DNA from: Mobula hypostoma
Lineage: Eukaryota
Direction of reading: 5' to 3'
DNA: 64,000 bases
Assembly (NCBI RefSeq): GCF_963921235.1
Contig: NC_086108.1
Location: 1,364,001-1,428,000 of the forward strand
A program made the translations under genes and the position numbers. The notes beneath the pieces were generated by a model, which was not told where the DNA came from, did no database searches, and saw only the letters and a program-made list of their open reading frames with translations. This document shows, piece by piece, positions 25,601 through 38,600 of the stretch (positions are counted from its first letter, which is position 1; each line of letters begins with the position of its first letter).

Positions 25601-28600
25601 GCTTTAGGAACTCAGCAGGTCAGACATTGTCGATGGTCAGAGTATCACACACAAAATGCTGGAGGAACTCAGCAGGTCAGACAGTGTCGATGGTCAGAGT
25701 AACACAAACAAAATGCTGGAGGATCTCAGCAGGTCAGACAGTGTCTATGGTCAGAGTAACACACACAAAATGCTGGAGGAACTCAGCAGGTCAGACAGTG
25801 TTGATGGTCAGAGTAACACACACAAAATGCTGGAGGAACTCGGCGGGTCAGACAGTGTCGATGCGCAGAGTAACACACACAAAATGCTGGAGGAACTCAG
25901 CGGGTCAGACCGTGTCGATGGTCAGAGTAACACACACAAAATGCTGGAGGAACTTAGCGGGTCAGACAATGTCGATGGTCAGAGTAACACACACAAAATG
26001 CTGGAGGAACTCAGCAGGTCAGACAGTGTCGATGGTCAGAGTAACACACACAAAATGCTGGAGGAACTCGGCAGGTCAGACAGTGTCGATGGTCAGAGTA
26101 ACACACACAAAATGCTGGAGGAACTTAGCGGGTCAGACAATGTCGATGGTCAGAGTAACACACACAAAATGCTTTAGGAACTCAGCAGGTCAGACATTGT
26201 CGATGGTCAGAGTATCACACACAAAATGCTGGAGGAACTCAGCAGGTCAGACAGTGTCGATGGTCAGAGTAACACAAACAAAATGCTGGAGGATCTCAGC
26301 AGGTCAGACAGTGTCTATGGTCAGAGTAACACACACAAAATGCTGGAGGAACTCAGCAGGTCAGACAGTGTTGATGGTCAGAGTAACACACACAAAATGC
26401 TGGAGGAACTCGGCGGGTCAGACAGTGTCGATGCGCAGAGTAACACACACAAAATGCTGGAGGAACTCAGCGGGTCAGACCGTGTCGATGGTCAGAGTAA
26501 CACACACAAAATGCTGGAGGAACTTAGCGGGTCAGACAATGTCGATGGTCAGAGTAACACACACAAAATGCTGGAGGAACTCAGCAGGTCAGACAGTGTC
26601 GATGGTCAGAGTAACACACACAAAATGCTGGAGGAACTCGGCAGGTCAGACAGTGTCGATGGTCAGAGTAACACACACAAAATGCTGCAGGAACTCAGCA
26701 GGTCTGAGAGTGTCGATGGTCAGAGTAACACACACAAAATGCTGGAGGTACTCAGCAGGTCAGAGAGTGTCGATGGTCAGAGTAACACACAAAATGCTGG
26801 AGGAACTCGGCAGATCAGACAGTGTCGATGGTCAGAGTAACACACAAAATGCTGGAGGAACTCGGCGGATCAGACAGTGTCGATGGTCAGAGTAACACAC
26901 ACAAAATGCTGGAGGAACTCGGCAGGTCAGACAGTGTCGATGGTCAGAGTAACACACACAAAATGCTGGAGGAACTCAGCAGGTCAGACAGTGTCGATGG
27001 TCAGAGTAAGACACACAAAATGCTGGAGGAACTCAGCAGGTCAGACAGTGTCGATGGTCAGATTAACACACGCAAAATGCTGGAGGAACTCAGCAGGTCA
27101 GATAGTGTCGATGGTAAGAGTAACACACACAAAATACTGGAGGAACTCGGCGGGTCAGACAGTGTCGATGCGCAGAGTAACACACACAAAATGCTGGAGG
27201 AACTCAGCGGGTCAGACCGTGTCGATGGTCAGAGTAACACACACAAAATGCTGGAGGAACTTAGCGGGTCAGACAGTGTCGATGGTCAGAGTAACACACA
27301 AAAAATGCTGGAGGAACTCGGCAGGTCAGACAGTGTCGATGGTCAGAGTAACACACACAAAATGCTGGAGGAACTCAGCGGGTCAGATAGTGTCGATGGT
27401 CAGAGTAACACACATGAAATGCTGGAGGAACTCAGCAGGTCGGACAGTGTCGATGGTCAGAGTAACAACACAAAATGCTGGAGGAACTCAGCAGGTCGGA
27501 CAGTGTCGATGGTCAGAGTAACAACACAAAATGCTGGAGGAACTCAGCAGGTCAGACAGTGTCGATGGTCAGAGTAACACACACAAAATGCTGGAGGAAC
27601 TCAGCAGGTCAGACAATGTCGATGGTCAGAGTAACACACACAAAATGCTGGAGGAACTCAGCAGGTCAGACAGTGTCGATGGTCAGAGTAACACACACAA
27701 AATGCTGGAGGAACTCGGCAGGTCAGACAGTGTCGATGGTCAGAGTAACACACACAAAATGCTGGAGGAACTCGGCAGGTCAGACAGTGTCGATGGTCAG
27801 AGTAACACACACAAAATGCTGCAGGATCTCAGCAGGTCTGAGAGTGTCGATGGTCAGAGTAACACACACAAAATGCTGGAGGAACTCAGCAGGTCAGAGA
27901 GTGTCGATGGTCAGAGTAACACACAAAATGCTGGAGGAACTCGGCAGATCAGACAGTGTCGATGGTCAGAGTAACACACAAAATGCTGGAGGAACTCGGC
28001 GGATCAGACAGTGTCGATGGTCAGAGTAACACACACAAAATGCTGGAGGAACTCGGCAGGTCAGACAGTGTCGATGCGCAGAGTAACACACACAAAATGC
28101 TGGAGGAACTCAGCGGGTCAGACCGTGTCGATGGTCAGAGTAACACACACAAAATGCTGGAGGAACTTAGCGGGTCAGACAATGTCGATGGTCAGAGTAA
28201 CACACACAAAATGCTGGAGGAACTCAGCAGGTCAGACAGTGTCGATGGTCAGAGTATCACACACAAAATGCTGGAGGAACTCAGCCGGTCAGACAGTGTC
28301 GATGGTCAGAGTAACACACACAAAATGCTGGAGGAACTCGGCAGGTCAGACAGTGTCGATGCGCAGAGTAACACACACAAAATGCTGGAGGAACTCAGCG
28401 GGTCAGACCGTGTCGATGGTCAGAGTAACACACACAAAATGCTGGAGGAACTTAGTGGGTCAGACAATGTCGATGGTCAGAGTAACACACACAAAATGCT
28501 GGAGGAACTCGGCAGGTCAGACAGTGTCGATGGTCAGAGTAACACACACAAAATGCTGGAGGAACTCGGCAGGTCAGACAGTGTCGATGGTCAGAGTAAC

Positions 28601-30300
28601 ACACACAAAATGCTGCAGGAACACAGCAGGTCAAAGAGTGTCGATGGTCAGAGTAACACACAAAATGCTGGAGGAACTCGGCAGATCAGACAGTGTCGAT
28701 GGTCAGAGTAACACACAAAAGGCTGGAGGAACTCGGCGGATCAGACAGTGTCGATGGTCAGAGTAACACACACACAATGCTGGAGGAACTCAGCAGGTCA
28801 GACTGTGTCGATGGACAGAGTAACACACACAAAATGCTGGAGGAACTCAGCAGGTCAGATAGTGTCGATGGTAAGAGTAACACACACAAAATGCTGGAGG
28901 AACTCGGCAGGTCAGACAGTGTCGATGCGCAGAGTAACACACACAAAATGCTGGAGGAACTCAGCGGGTCAGACCGTGTCGATGGTCAGAGTAACACACA
29001 CAAAATGCTGGAGGAACTTAGCGGGTCAGACAATGTCGATGGTCAGAGTAACACACACAAAATGCTGGAGGAACTCAGCAGGTCAGACAGTGTCGATGGT
29101 CAGAGTAACACACACAAAATGCTGCAGGAACTCAGCAGGTCAGACAGTGTCGATGGTCAGAGTAACACACACAAAATGCTGCAGGAACTCAGCAGGTCAG
29201 ACAGTGTCGATGGTCAGAGTAACACACACAAAATGCTGGAGGAACTCGGCAGGTCAGACAGTGTCGATGGTCAGAGTAACACACACAAAATGCTGCAGGA
29301 ACTCAGCAGGTCTGAGAGTGTCGATGGTCAGAGTAACACACACAAAATGCTGGAGGAACTCAGCAGGTCAGAGAGTGTCGATGGTCAGAGTAACACACAA
29401 AATGCTGGAGGAACTCGGCAGATCAGACAGTGTCGATGGTCAGAGTAACACACAAATTGCTGGAGGAACTCGGCGGATCAGACAGTGTCGATGGTCAGAG
29501 TAACACACACAAAATGCTGGAGGAACTCGGCAGGTCAGACAGTGTCGATGCGCAGAGTAACACACACAAAATGCTGGAGGAACTCAGCGGGTCAGACCGT
29601 GTCGATGGTCAGAGTAACACACACAAAATGCTGGAGGAACTTAGCGGGTCAGACAATGTCGATGGTCAGAGTAACACACACAAAATGCTTTAGGAACTCA
29701 GCAGGTCAGACAGTGTCGATGGTCAGAGTATCACACACAAAATGCTGGAGGAACTCAGCAGGTCAGACAGTGTCGATGGTCAGAGTAACACAAACAAAAT
29801 GCTGGAGGAACTTAGCGGGTCAGACAATGTCGATGGTCAGAGTAACACACACAAAATGCTTTAGGAACTCAGCAGGTCAGACAGTGTCGATGGCCAGAGT
29901 AACACACACAAAATGCTGGAGGAACTCAGCGGGTCAGACCGTGTCGATGGTCAGAGTAACACACACAAAATGCTGGAGGAACTTAGCGGGTCAGACAATG
30001 TCGATGGTCAGAGTAACACACACAAAATGCTTTAGGAACTCAGCAGGTCAGACATTGTCGATGGTCAGAGTATCACACACAAAATGCTGGAGGAACTCAG
30101 CAGGTCAGACAGTGTCGATGGTCAGAGTAACACAAACAAAATGCTGGAGGATCTCAGCAGGTCAGACAGTGTCTATGGTCAGAGTAACACACACAAAATG
30201 CTGGAGGAACTCAGCAGGTCAGACAGTGTTGATGGTCAGAGTAACACACACAAAATGCTGGAGGAACTCAGCAGGTCAGACAGTGTCGATGGTCAGAGTA
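16696..30300. repeat. Array B proximal subfamily domain (higher-order units of 9, 13 and more monomers marked by paired 55-bp monomers)
   Basis: Diagnostic ordered variants: GGCAGATC then GGCGGATC (both after 55-bp units), GATGCGCAG, GACCGTGT, CTTAGCGGG..CAATGT, CTGCAGGA..GAGAGTG. Landmark spacings are 509 bp (9x57-4; 17449/17958) and 737 bp (13x57-4; 19151/19888 and 27956/28693/29430). Confidence 0.85.
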
Positions 30301-33300
30301 ACACACACAAAATGCTGGAGGAACTCAGCAGGTCAGACAGTGTCGATGGTCAGAGTAACACAAACAAAATGCTGGAGGAACTCAGCCGGTCAGACAGTAT
30401 CTATGGACAGAGTAACACACACAAAATGCTGGAGGACCTCAGCTGGTCAGACAGTGTCCTTGGACAGAGTAACACACACAAAATGCTGGAGGAACTCAGC
30501 CGGTCAGACAGTGTCGATGGTCAGAGTAACACACACAGAATGCTGGAGGAACTCAGCGGGTCAGACAATGTCGATGGTCAGAGTAACACACACGAAATGC
30601 TGGAGGAACTCAGCCGATCAGACAGTGTCGATGGTCAGAGTAACACACACAAAATGCTTGAGGAACTCAGCAGGTCAGATAGTGTCGATGGTCAGAGTAA
30701 CACACACAAAATGCTGGAGGAACTCAGCAGGTCAGACAGTGTCGATGTTCAGAGTAACACACACAAAATGCTGGAGGAACTCAGCAGGTCAGACAGTGTC
30801 GATGGTCAGAGTAAGACACACAAAATGCTGGAGGAACTCAGCAGGTCAGACAGTGTCGATGGTCAGATTAACACACGCAAAATGCTGGAGGAACTCAGCA
30901 GGTCAGATAGTGTCGATGGTAAGAGTAAAACACACAAAATGCTGGAGGAACTCGGCGGGTCAGACAGTGTCAATGGTCAGAGTAACACACACAAAATGCT
31001 GGAGGAACTTACCGGGTCAGACAATGTCGATGCTCAGAGTAACACACACAAAATGCTGGAGGAACTCAGCAGGTCAGACAGTGTCGATGGTCAGAGTAAC
31101 ACACACAAAATGCTGGAGGAACTCAGCAGGTCAGGCAGTGTCGATGGTCAGAGTAACACACACAAAATGCTGGAGGAACTCAACAGGTCAGACAGTGTCT
31201 ATGGTCAGAGTAATACACAAAAAATGCTGGAGGAACTCAGCAGGTCAGATAGTGTCGATGGTCAGAATAATACACACAAAATGCTGGAGGAGCTCAGCAG
31301 GTCAGACAGTGTCGATGGTCAGAGTAATACAAACAAAATGCTGGAGGAACTCAGCAGGTCAGACAGTGTCGATGGTCAGAGTAAGACACGCAAAATGCTG
31401 GAGGAACTCAGCCGGTCAGACAGTGTCGATGGTCAGATTAACACACACAAAATGCTGGAGGAACTCAGCAGGTCAGATAGTGTCGATGGTCAGAGTAACA
31501 CACACAAAATGCTGGAGGAACACAGCCGGTCAGACAGTGTCGATGGTCAGATTAACACACTCAAAATGCTAGAGGAACTCAGCAGGTCAGATAGTGTCGA
31601 TGGTCAGAGTAACACACACAAAATGCTGGAGAAACTCAGCAGGTCAGACAGGGTCTATGGTCAGAGTAACACACACAAAATGCTGGAAGAACTCAGCAGG
31701 TCGGACAGTGTCTATGGTCAGAGTAACACACACAAAATGCTGGAGGAACTCAGCAGGTCAGACAGTGTCGATGGTCTGAGTAACACACACAAAATGCTGG
31801 AGGAACATAGCGGGTCAGACAGTGTCGATGGTCAGAGTAACACACACAGAATGCTGGAGGAACTCAGCGGGTCAGAGAATGTCGATGGTCAGAGTAACAC
31901 ACACAAAATGCTGGAGGAACTCAGCAGGTCAGATAGTGTCAATGGACAGAGTAACACACACAAAATGCTGGAGGAACTCAGCCGGTCAGACAGTGTCGAT
32001 GGTCAGAGTAACACACACAAAATGCTGGAGGAACTCAGCAGGTCAGATAGTGTCGATGGTCAGAGTAACACACACAAAATGCTGGAGGAACTCAGCAGGT
32101 CAGATAGTGTCGATGGTCAGAGTAACACACACAAAATGCTGGAGGAACTCAGCAGGTCAGACAGGGTTTATGGTCAGAGTAACACACACAAAATGCTGGA
32201 GGAACTCAGCAGGTCAGACAGTGTCGATGGTCAGAGTAACACACACAAAATGCTGGAGGAACTCAGCAGGTCAGACAGTGTCGATGGTCAGAGTAACACA
32301 CACAAAATGCTGGAGGAACTCAGCAGGTCAGACAGTGTCGATGGTCAGAGTAACACACACAAAATGCTGCAGGAACTCAGCCGCTCAGACAGTGTCGATG
32401 GTCAGAGTAACACACACAAAATGCTGGAGGAACTCAGCAGGTCAGACAGTGTCGATGGTCAGAGTAACACACACAAAATGCTGGAAGAAATCAACAGGTC
32501 AGACAGTGTCGATGGTCAGAGTAACACACACAAAATGCTGGAGGAACTCAGCAGGTCAGACAGTGTCTATGGACAGAGTAACACACACAAAATGCTGGAG
32601 GAACTCAGCGGGTCAGACAGTGTCGATGGACAGAGTAACACACACAAAATGCTGGAGGAACTCAGCCGGTCAGACAGTGTCTATGGTCAGAGTAACACAC
32701 ACAAAATGCTGGAGGAACTCAGCAGGTCAGACAGTGTCGATGGTCAGAGTAACACACACAAAATGCTGCAGGAACTCAGCCGCTCAGACAGTGTCGATGG
32801 TCAGAGTAACACACACAAAATGCTGGAGGAACTCAGCAGGTCAGACAGTGTCGATGGTCAGAGTAACACACACAAAATGCTGGAAGAAATCAACAGGTCA
32901 GACAGTGTCGATGGTCAGAGTAACACACACAAAATGCTGGAGGAACTCAGCAGGTCAGACAGTGTCTATGGACAGAGTAACACACACAAAATGCTGGAGG
33001 AACTCAGCAGGTCAGACAGTGTCTATGGACAGAGTAACACACACAAAATTCTGGAGGAACTCAGCAGGTCGGACAGTGTCGATGGTCAGAGTAACACACA
33101 CAAAATGCTGGAGGAACTCAGCGGGTCAGACATTGTCGATGGTCAGAGTAACACACACAAAATGCTGGAGGAACTCAGCCAGTCAGACAGAGTCTATGGA
33201 CAGAGTAACACACACAAAATGCTGGAGGAACTCAGCAGGTCAGACAGTGTCTATGGACAGAGTAACACACACAAAATTCTGGAGGAACTCAGCAGGTCAG

Positions 33301-35629
33301 ACAGTGTCGATGGTCAGAGTGACACACAAAATGCTGGAGGAACTCAGCAGGTCAGACAGTGTCTATGGACAGAGTAACACACACAAAATTCTGGAGGAAC
33401 TCAGCAGGACAGACAGTGTCGATGGTCAGAGTAACACACACAGAATGCTGGAGGAACTCAGCGGGTCAGACATTGTCGATGGTCAGAGTAACACAGACAG
33501 AATGCTGGAGGAACTCAGCGGGTCAGACAATGTCGATGGTCAGAGTAACACACACAAAATGCTGGAGGAATTCAGCAGGTCAGATAGTGTCAATGGACAG
33601 AGTAACACACACGAAATGCTGGAGGAACTCAGCAGGTCAGACAGTGTCGATGGTCAGAGTAACACACACAAAATGCTGGAGGAACTAAGCAGGTCAGATA
33701 GTGTCGATGGTCAGAGTAACACACACAAAATGCTGGAGGAACTCAGCAGGTCAGACAGTGTCGATGGACAGAGTAACACACACAAAATGCTGGAGGAACT
33801 CAGCAGGTCAGACAGTTTCGATGGTCAGAGTTAGACACACAAAATGCTGGAGGAACTCAGCCGGTCAGACAGTGTCAATGGTCAGATTAACACACACAAA
33901 ATGCTGGATTAATTCAGCAGGTCAGATAGTGTCGATGGACAGATTAACACACACAAAATGCTGGAGGAACTCAGCAGGTCAGACAGTGTCGATGGTCAGA
34001 GTAACACACACAAAATGCTGGAGGAACTCAGCAGGTCAGAAAGTGTCGATGGTCAGAGTAACACACAAAATGCTGGAGGAACTCGGCAGATCAGACAGTG
34101 TCTATTGTCAGAGTAACACACACGAAATGCTGGAGGAACTCAGCAGGTCAGACAGTGTCGATGGTCTGAGTAACACACACGAAATGTTGGAGGAACTCAG
34201 CAGGTCAGTCGGTGTCGATGGTCAGAGTAACACACACGAAATGCTGGAGGAACTCAGCAGGTCAGGCAGTGTCGATGGCCAGAGTAACACATACGAATTG
34301 CTGGAGGAACTCAGCAGGTCAGACAGTGTCGATGGTCAGAGTAACACACACGAAATGTTGGAGGAACTCAGCAGGTCAGACAGTGTCGATGGTCAGAGTA
34401 AGACATACAAAATGCTGGAGGAACTCAGCAGGTCAGACAGTGTCGATGGTCAGAGTAAGACACACAAAATGCTGGAGGAACTCAGCCGGTCAGACAGTGT
34501 CGATGGTCAGATTAACACACACAAAATGCTGGAGGAACTCAGCAGGTCAGATAGTGTCGATGGTCAGAGTAACACACACAAAATGCTGGAGGAACTCAGC
34601 CGGTCAGACAGTGTCGATGGTCAGATTAACACACACAAAATGCTGGAGGAACTCAGCAGGTCAGATAGTGTCGATGGTCAGAGTAACACACACAAAATGC
34701 TGGAGAAACTCAGCAGGTCAGACAGGGTCTATGGTCAGAGTAACACACACAAAATGCTGGAAGAACTCAGCAGGTCGGACAGTGTCTATGGTCAGAGTAA
34801 CACACACAAAATGCTGGAGGAACATAGCGGGTCAGACAGTGTCGATGGTCAGAGTAACACACACAGAATGCTGGAGGAACTCAGCGGGTCAGACAATGTC
34901 GATGGTCAGAGTAACACACACAAAATGCTGGTGGAACTCAGCAGGTCAGATAGTGTCAATGGACAGAGTAACACACACAAAATGCTGGAGGAACTCAGCC
35001 GGTCAGACAGTGTCGATGGTCAGAGTAACACACACAAAATGCTGGAGGAACTCAGCAGGTCAGATAGTGTCGATGGTCAGAGTAACACACACAAATGCTG
35101 GAGGAACTCAGCAGGTCAGACAGTGTCGATGGTCAGAGTAACACACACAAAATGCTGGAGGAACTCAGCCGGTCAGACAGTGTCGATGGTCAGATTAACA
35201 CACTCAAAATGCTAGAGGAACTCAGCAGGTCAGATAGTGTCGATGGTCAGAGTAACACACACAAAATGCTGGAGAAACTCAGCAGGTCAGACAGGGTCTA
35301 TGGTCAGAGTAACACACACAAAATGCTGGAAGAACTCAGCAGGTCGGACAGTGTCTATGGTCAGAGTAACACACACAAAATGCTGGAGGAACTCAGCAGG
35401 TCAGACAGTGTCGATGGTCTGAGTAACACACACAAAATGCTGGAGGAACATAGCGGGTCAGACAGTGTCGATGGTCAGAGTAACACACACAGAATGCTGG
35501 AGGAACTCAGCGGGTCAGACAATGTCGATGGTCAGAGTAACACACACAAAATGCTGGAGGAACTCAGCAGGTCAGATAGTGTCAATGGACAGAGTAACAC
35601 ACACAAAATGCTGGAGGAACTCAGCCGGT

Positions 35630-38600
35630 CAGACAGTGTCGATGGTCAGAGTAACACAAACAAAATGCTGGAGGAACTCAGCAGGTCAGATAGTGTCGAT
35701 GGTCAGAGTAACACACACAAAATGCTGGAGGAACTCAGCAGGTCAGATAGTGTCGATGGTCAGAGTAACATACACAAAATGGTGGAGGAACTCAGCAGGT
35801 CAGACAGGGTCTATGGTCAGAGTAACACACACAAAATGCTGGAGGAACTCAGCAGGTCAGACAGTGTCGATGGTCAGAGTAACACACACAAAATGCTGGA
35901 GGAACTCAGCAGGTCAGACAGTGTCGATGGTCAGAGTAACACACACAAAATGCTGGATGAAATCAACAGGTCAGACAATGTCGATGGTCAGAGTAACACA
36001 CACGAAATGCTGTAGGAACTCAGCAGGTCAGATAGTGTCGATGGTCAGAGTAACACAGACAAAATGCTGAAGGAACTCAGCAGGTCAGACAGTGTCGATG
36101 GTCAGAGTAACACACACAAAATGCTGAAGGAACTCAGCAGGTCAGACAGTGTCTATGGACAGAGTAACACACACAAAATTCTGGAGGAACTCAGCGGGAC
36201 AGACAGTGTCGATGGTCAGAGTAACACACACAGAATGCTGGAGGAACTCAGCGGGTCAGACATTGTCGATGGTCAGAGTAACACAGACACAATGCTGGAG
36301 GAACTCAGCGGGTCAGACAATGTCGATGGTCAGAGTAACACACACAAAATGCTGGAGGAATTCAGCAGGTCAGATAGTGTCGATGGTCAGAGTAACACAC
36401 ACAAAATTCTGGAGGAACTCAGCAGGTCAGACAGTGTCGATGGTCAGAGTAACACACACAAAATTCTGGAGGAACTCAGCGGGACAGACAGTGTCGATGG
36501 TCAGAGTAACACACACAAAATTCTGGAGGAACTCAGCGGGACAGACAGTGTCGATGGTCAGAGTAACACACACAGAATGCTGGAGGAACTCAGCGGGTCA
36601 GACATTGTCGATGGTCAGAGTAACACAGACACAATGCTGGAGGAACTCAGCGGGTCAGACAATGTCGATGGTCAGAGTAACACACACAAAATGCTGGAGG
36701 AATTCAGCAGGTCAGATGGTGTCGATGGTCAGAGTAACACACACAAAATTCTGGAGGAACTCAGCAGGTCAGACAGTGTCGATGGTCAGAGTAACACACA
36801 CAAAATTCTGGAGGAACTCAGCGGGACAGACAGTGTCGATGGTCAGAGTAACACACACAAAATGCTGGAGGAACACAGCCGGTCAGACAGTGTCGATGGT
36901 CAGAGTAACACACACAAAATGCTGGAGGAACTAAGCAGGTCAGATAGTGTCGATGGTCAGAGTAACACACACAAAATGCTGGAGGAACTCAGCAGGTCAG
37001 ACAGTGTCGATGGACAGAGTAACACACACAAAATGCTGGAGGAACTCAGCAGGTCAGACAGTTTCGATGGTCAGAGTTAGACACACAAAATGCTGGAGGA
37101 ACTCAGCCGGTCAGGCAGTGTCAATGGTCAGATTAACACACACAAAATGCTGGAGGAACTCAGCAGGTCAGACAGTGTCGATGGTCAGAGTAACACACAA
37201 AATGCTGGAGGAACTCGGAAGATCAGACAGTGTCAATTGTCAGAGTAACACACACGAAATGCTGGAGGAACTCAGCAGGTCAGACAGTGTCGATGGTCTG
37301 AGTAACACACACGAAATGTTGGAGGAACTCAGCAGGTCAGACAGTGTCGATGGTCAGAGTAACACACACGAAATGCTGGAGGAACTCAGCAGGTCAGGCA
37401 GTGTCGATGGTCAGAGTAACACACACAAAATGCTGGAGGAACTTAGCGGGTCAGACAATGTCGATGGTCAGAGTAACACACACAAAATGCTGGAGGAACT
37501 CAGCAGGTCAGACAGTGTCGATGGTCAGAGTAACACACACAGAATGCTGGAGGAACTCAGCGGGTCAGACAATGTCGATGGTCAGAGTAACACACACAAA
37601 ATGCTGGTGGAACTCAGCAGGTCAGATAGTGTCAATGGACAGAGTAACACACACAAAATGCTGTAGGAACTCAGCCGGTCAGACAGTGTCGATGGTCAGA
37701 GTAACACACACAAAATGCTGGAGGAACTCAGCAGGTCAGACAGTGTCGATGGTCAGAGTAAGACACACAAAAAGCTGGAGGAACTCAGCCGGTCAGACAG
37801 TGTCGATGGTCAGATTAACACACACAAAATGCTGGAGGAACTCAGCAGGTCAGATAGTGTCGATGGTCAGAGTGACACACACAAAATGCTGGAGGAACTC
37901 AGTGGGTCAGACAGTGTGGATGGTCAGAGTAACACACACAAAATGCTGGAGGAACTCAGCAGGTCGGACAGTGTCTATGGTCAGAGTAACACACACAAAA
38001 TGCTGAAGGAACTCAGCAGGTCAGACAGGGTCTATGGTCAGAGTAACACACACAAAATGCTGGAGGAACTCAGCAGGTCAGACAGTGTCGATGGTCAGAG
38101 TAACACACACAAAATGCTGGAGGAACTCAGCAGGTCAGACAGTGTCGATGGTCAGAGTAACACAAACAAAATGTTGGAGGAACTCAGCAGGCCGGACAGT
38201 GTCTATGGTCAGAGTAACACACACAAAATGCTGGAGGAACTCAGCAGGTCAGACAGTGTCGATGGTCTGAGTAACACACACAAAATGCTGGAGGAACATA
38301 GCGGGTCAGACAGTGTCGATGGTCAGAGTAACACACACAGAATGCTGGAGGAACTCAGCGGGTCAGACAATGTCGATGGTCAGAGTAACACACACAAAAT
38401 GCTGGAGGAACTCAGCAGGTCAGATAGTGTCAATGGACAGAGTAACACACACAAAATGCTGGAGGAACTCAGCCGGTCAGACAGTGTCGATGGTCAGAGT
38501 AACACACACAAAATGCTGGAGGAACTCAGCGGGTCAGATAGTGTCGATGGTCAGAGTAACACACACAAAATGCTGGAGGAACTCAGCAGGTTAGACAGTG

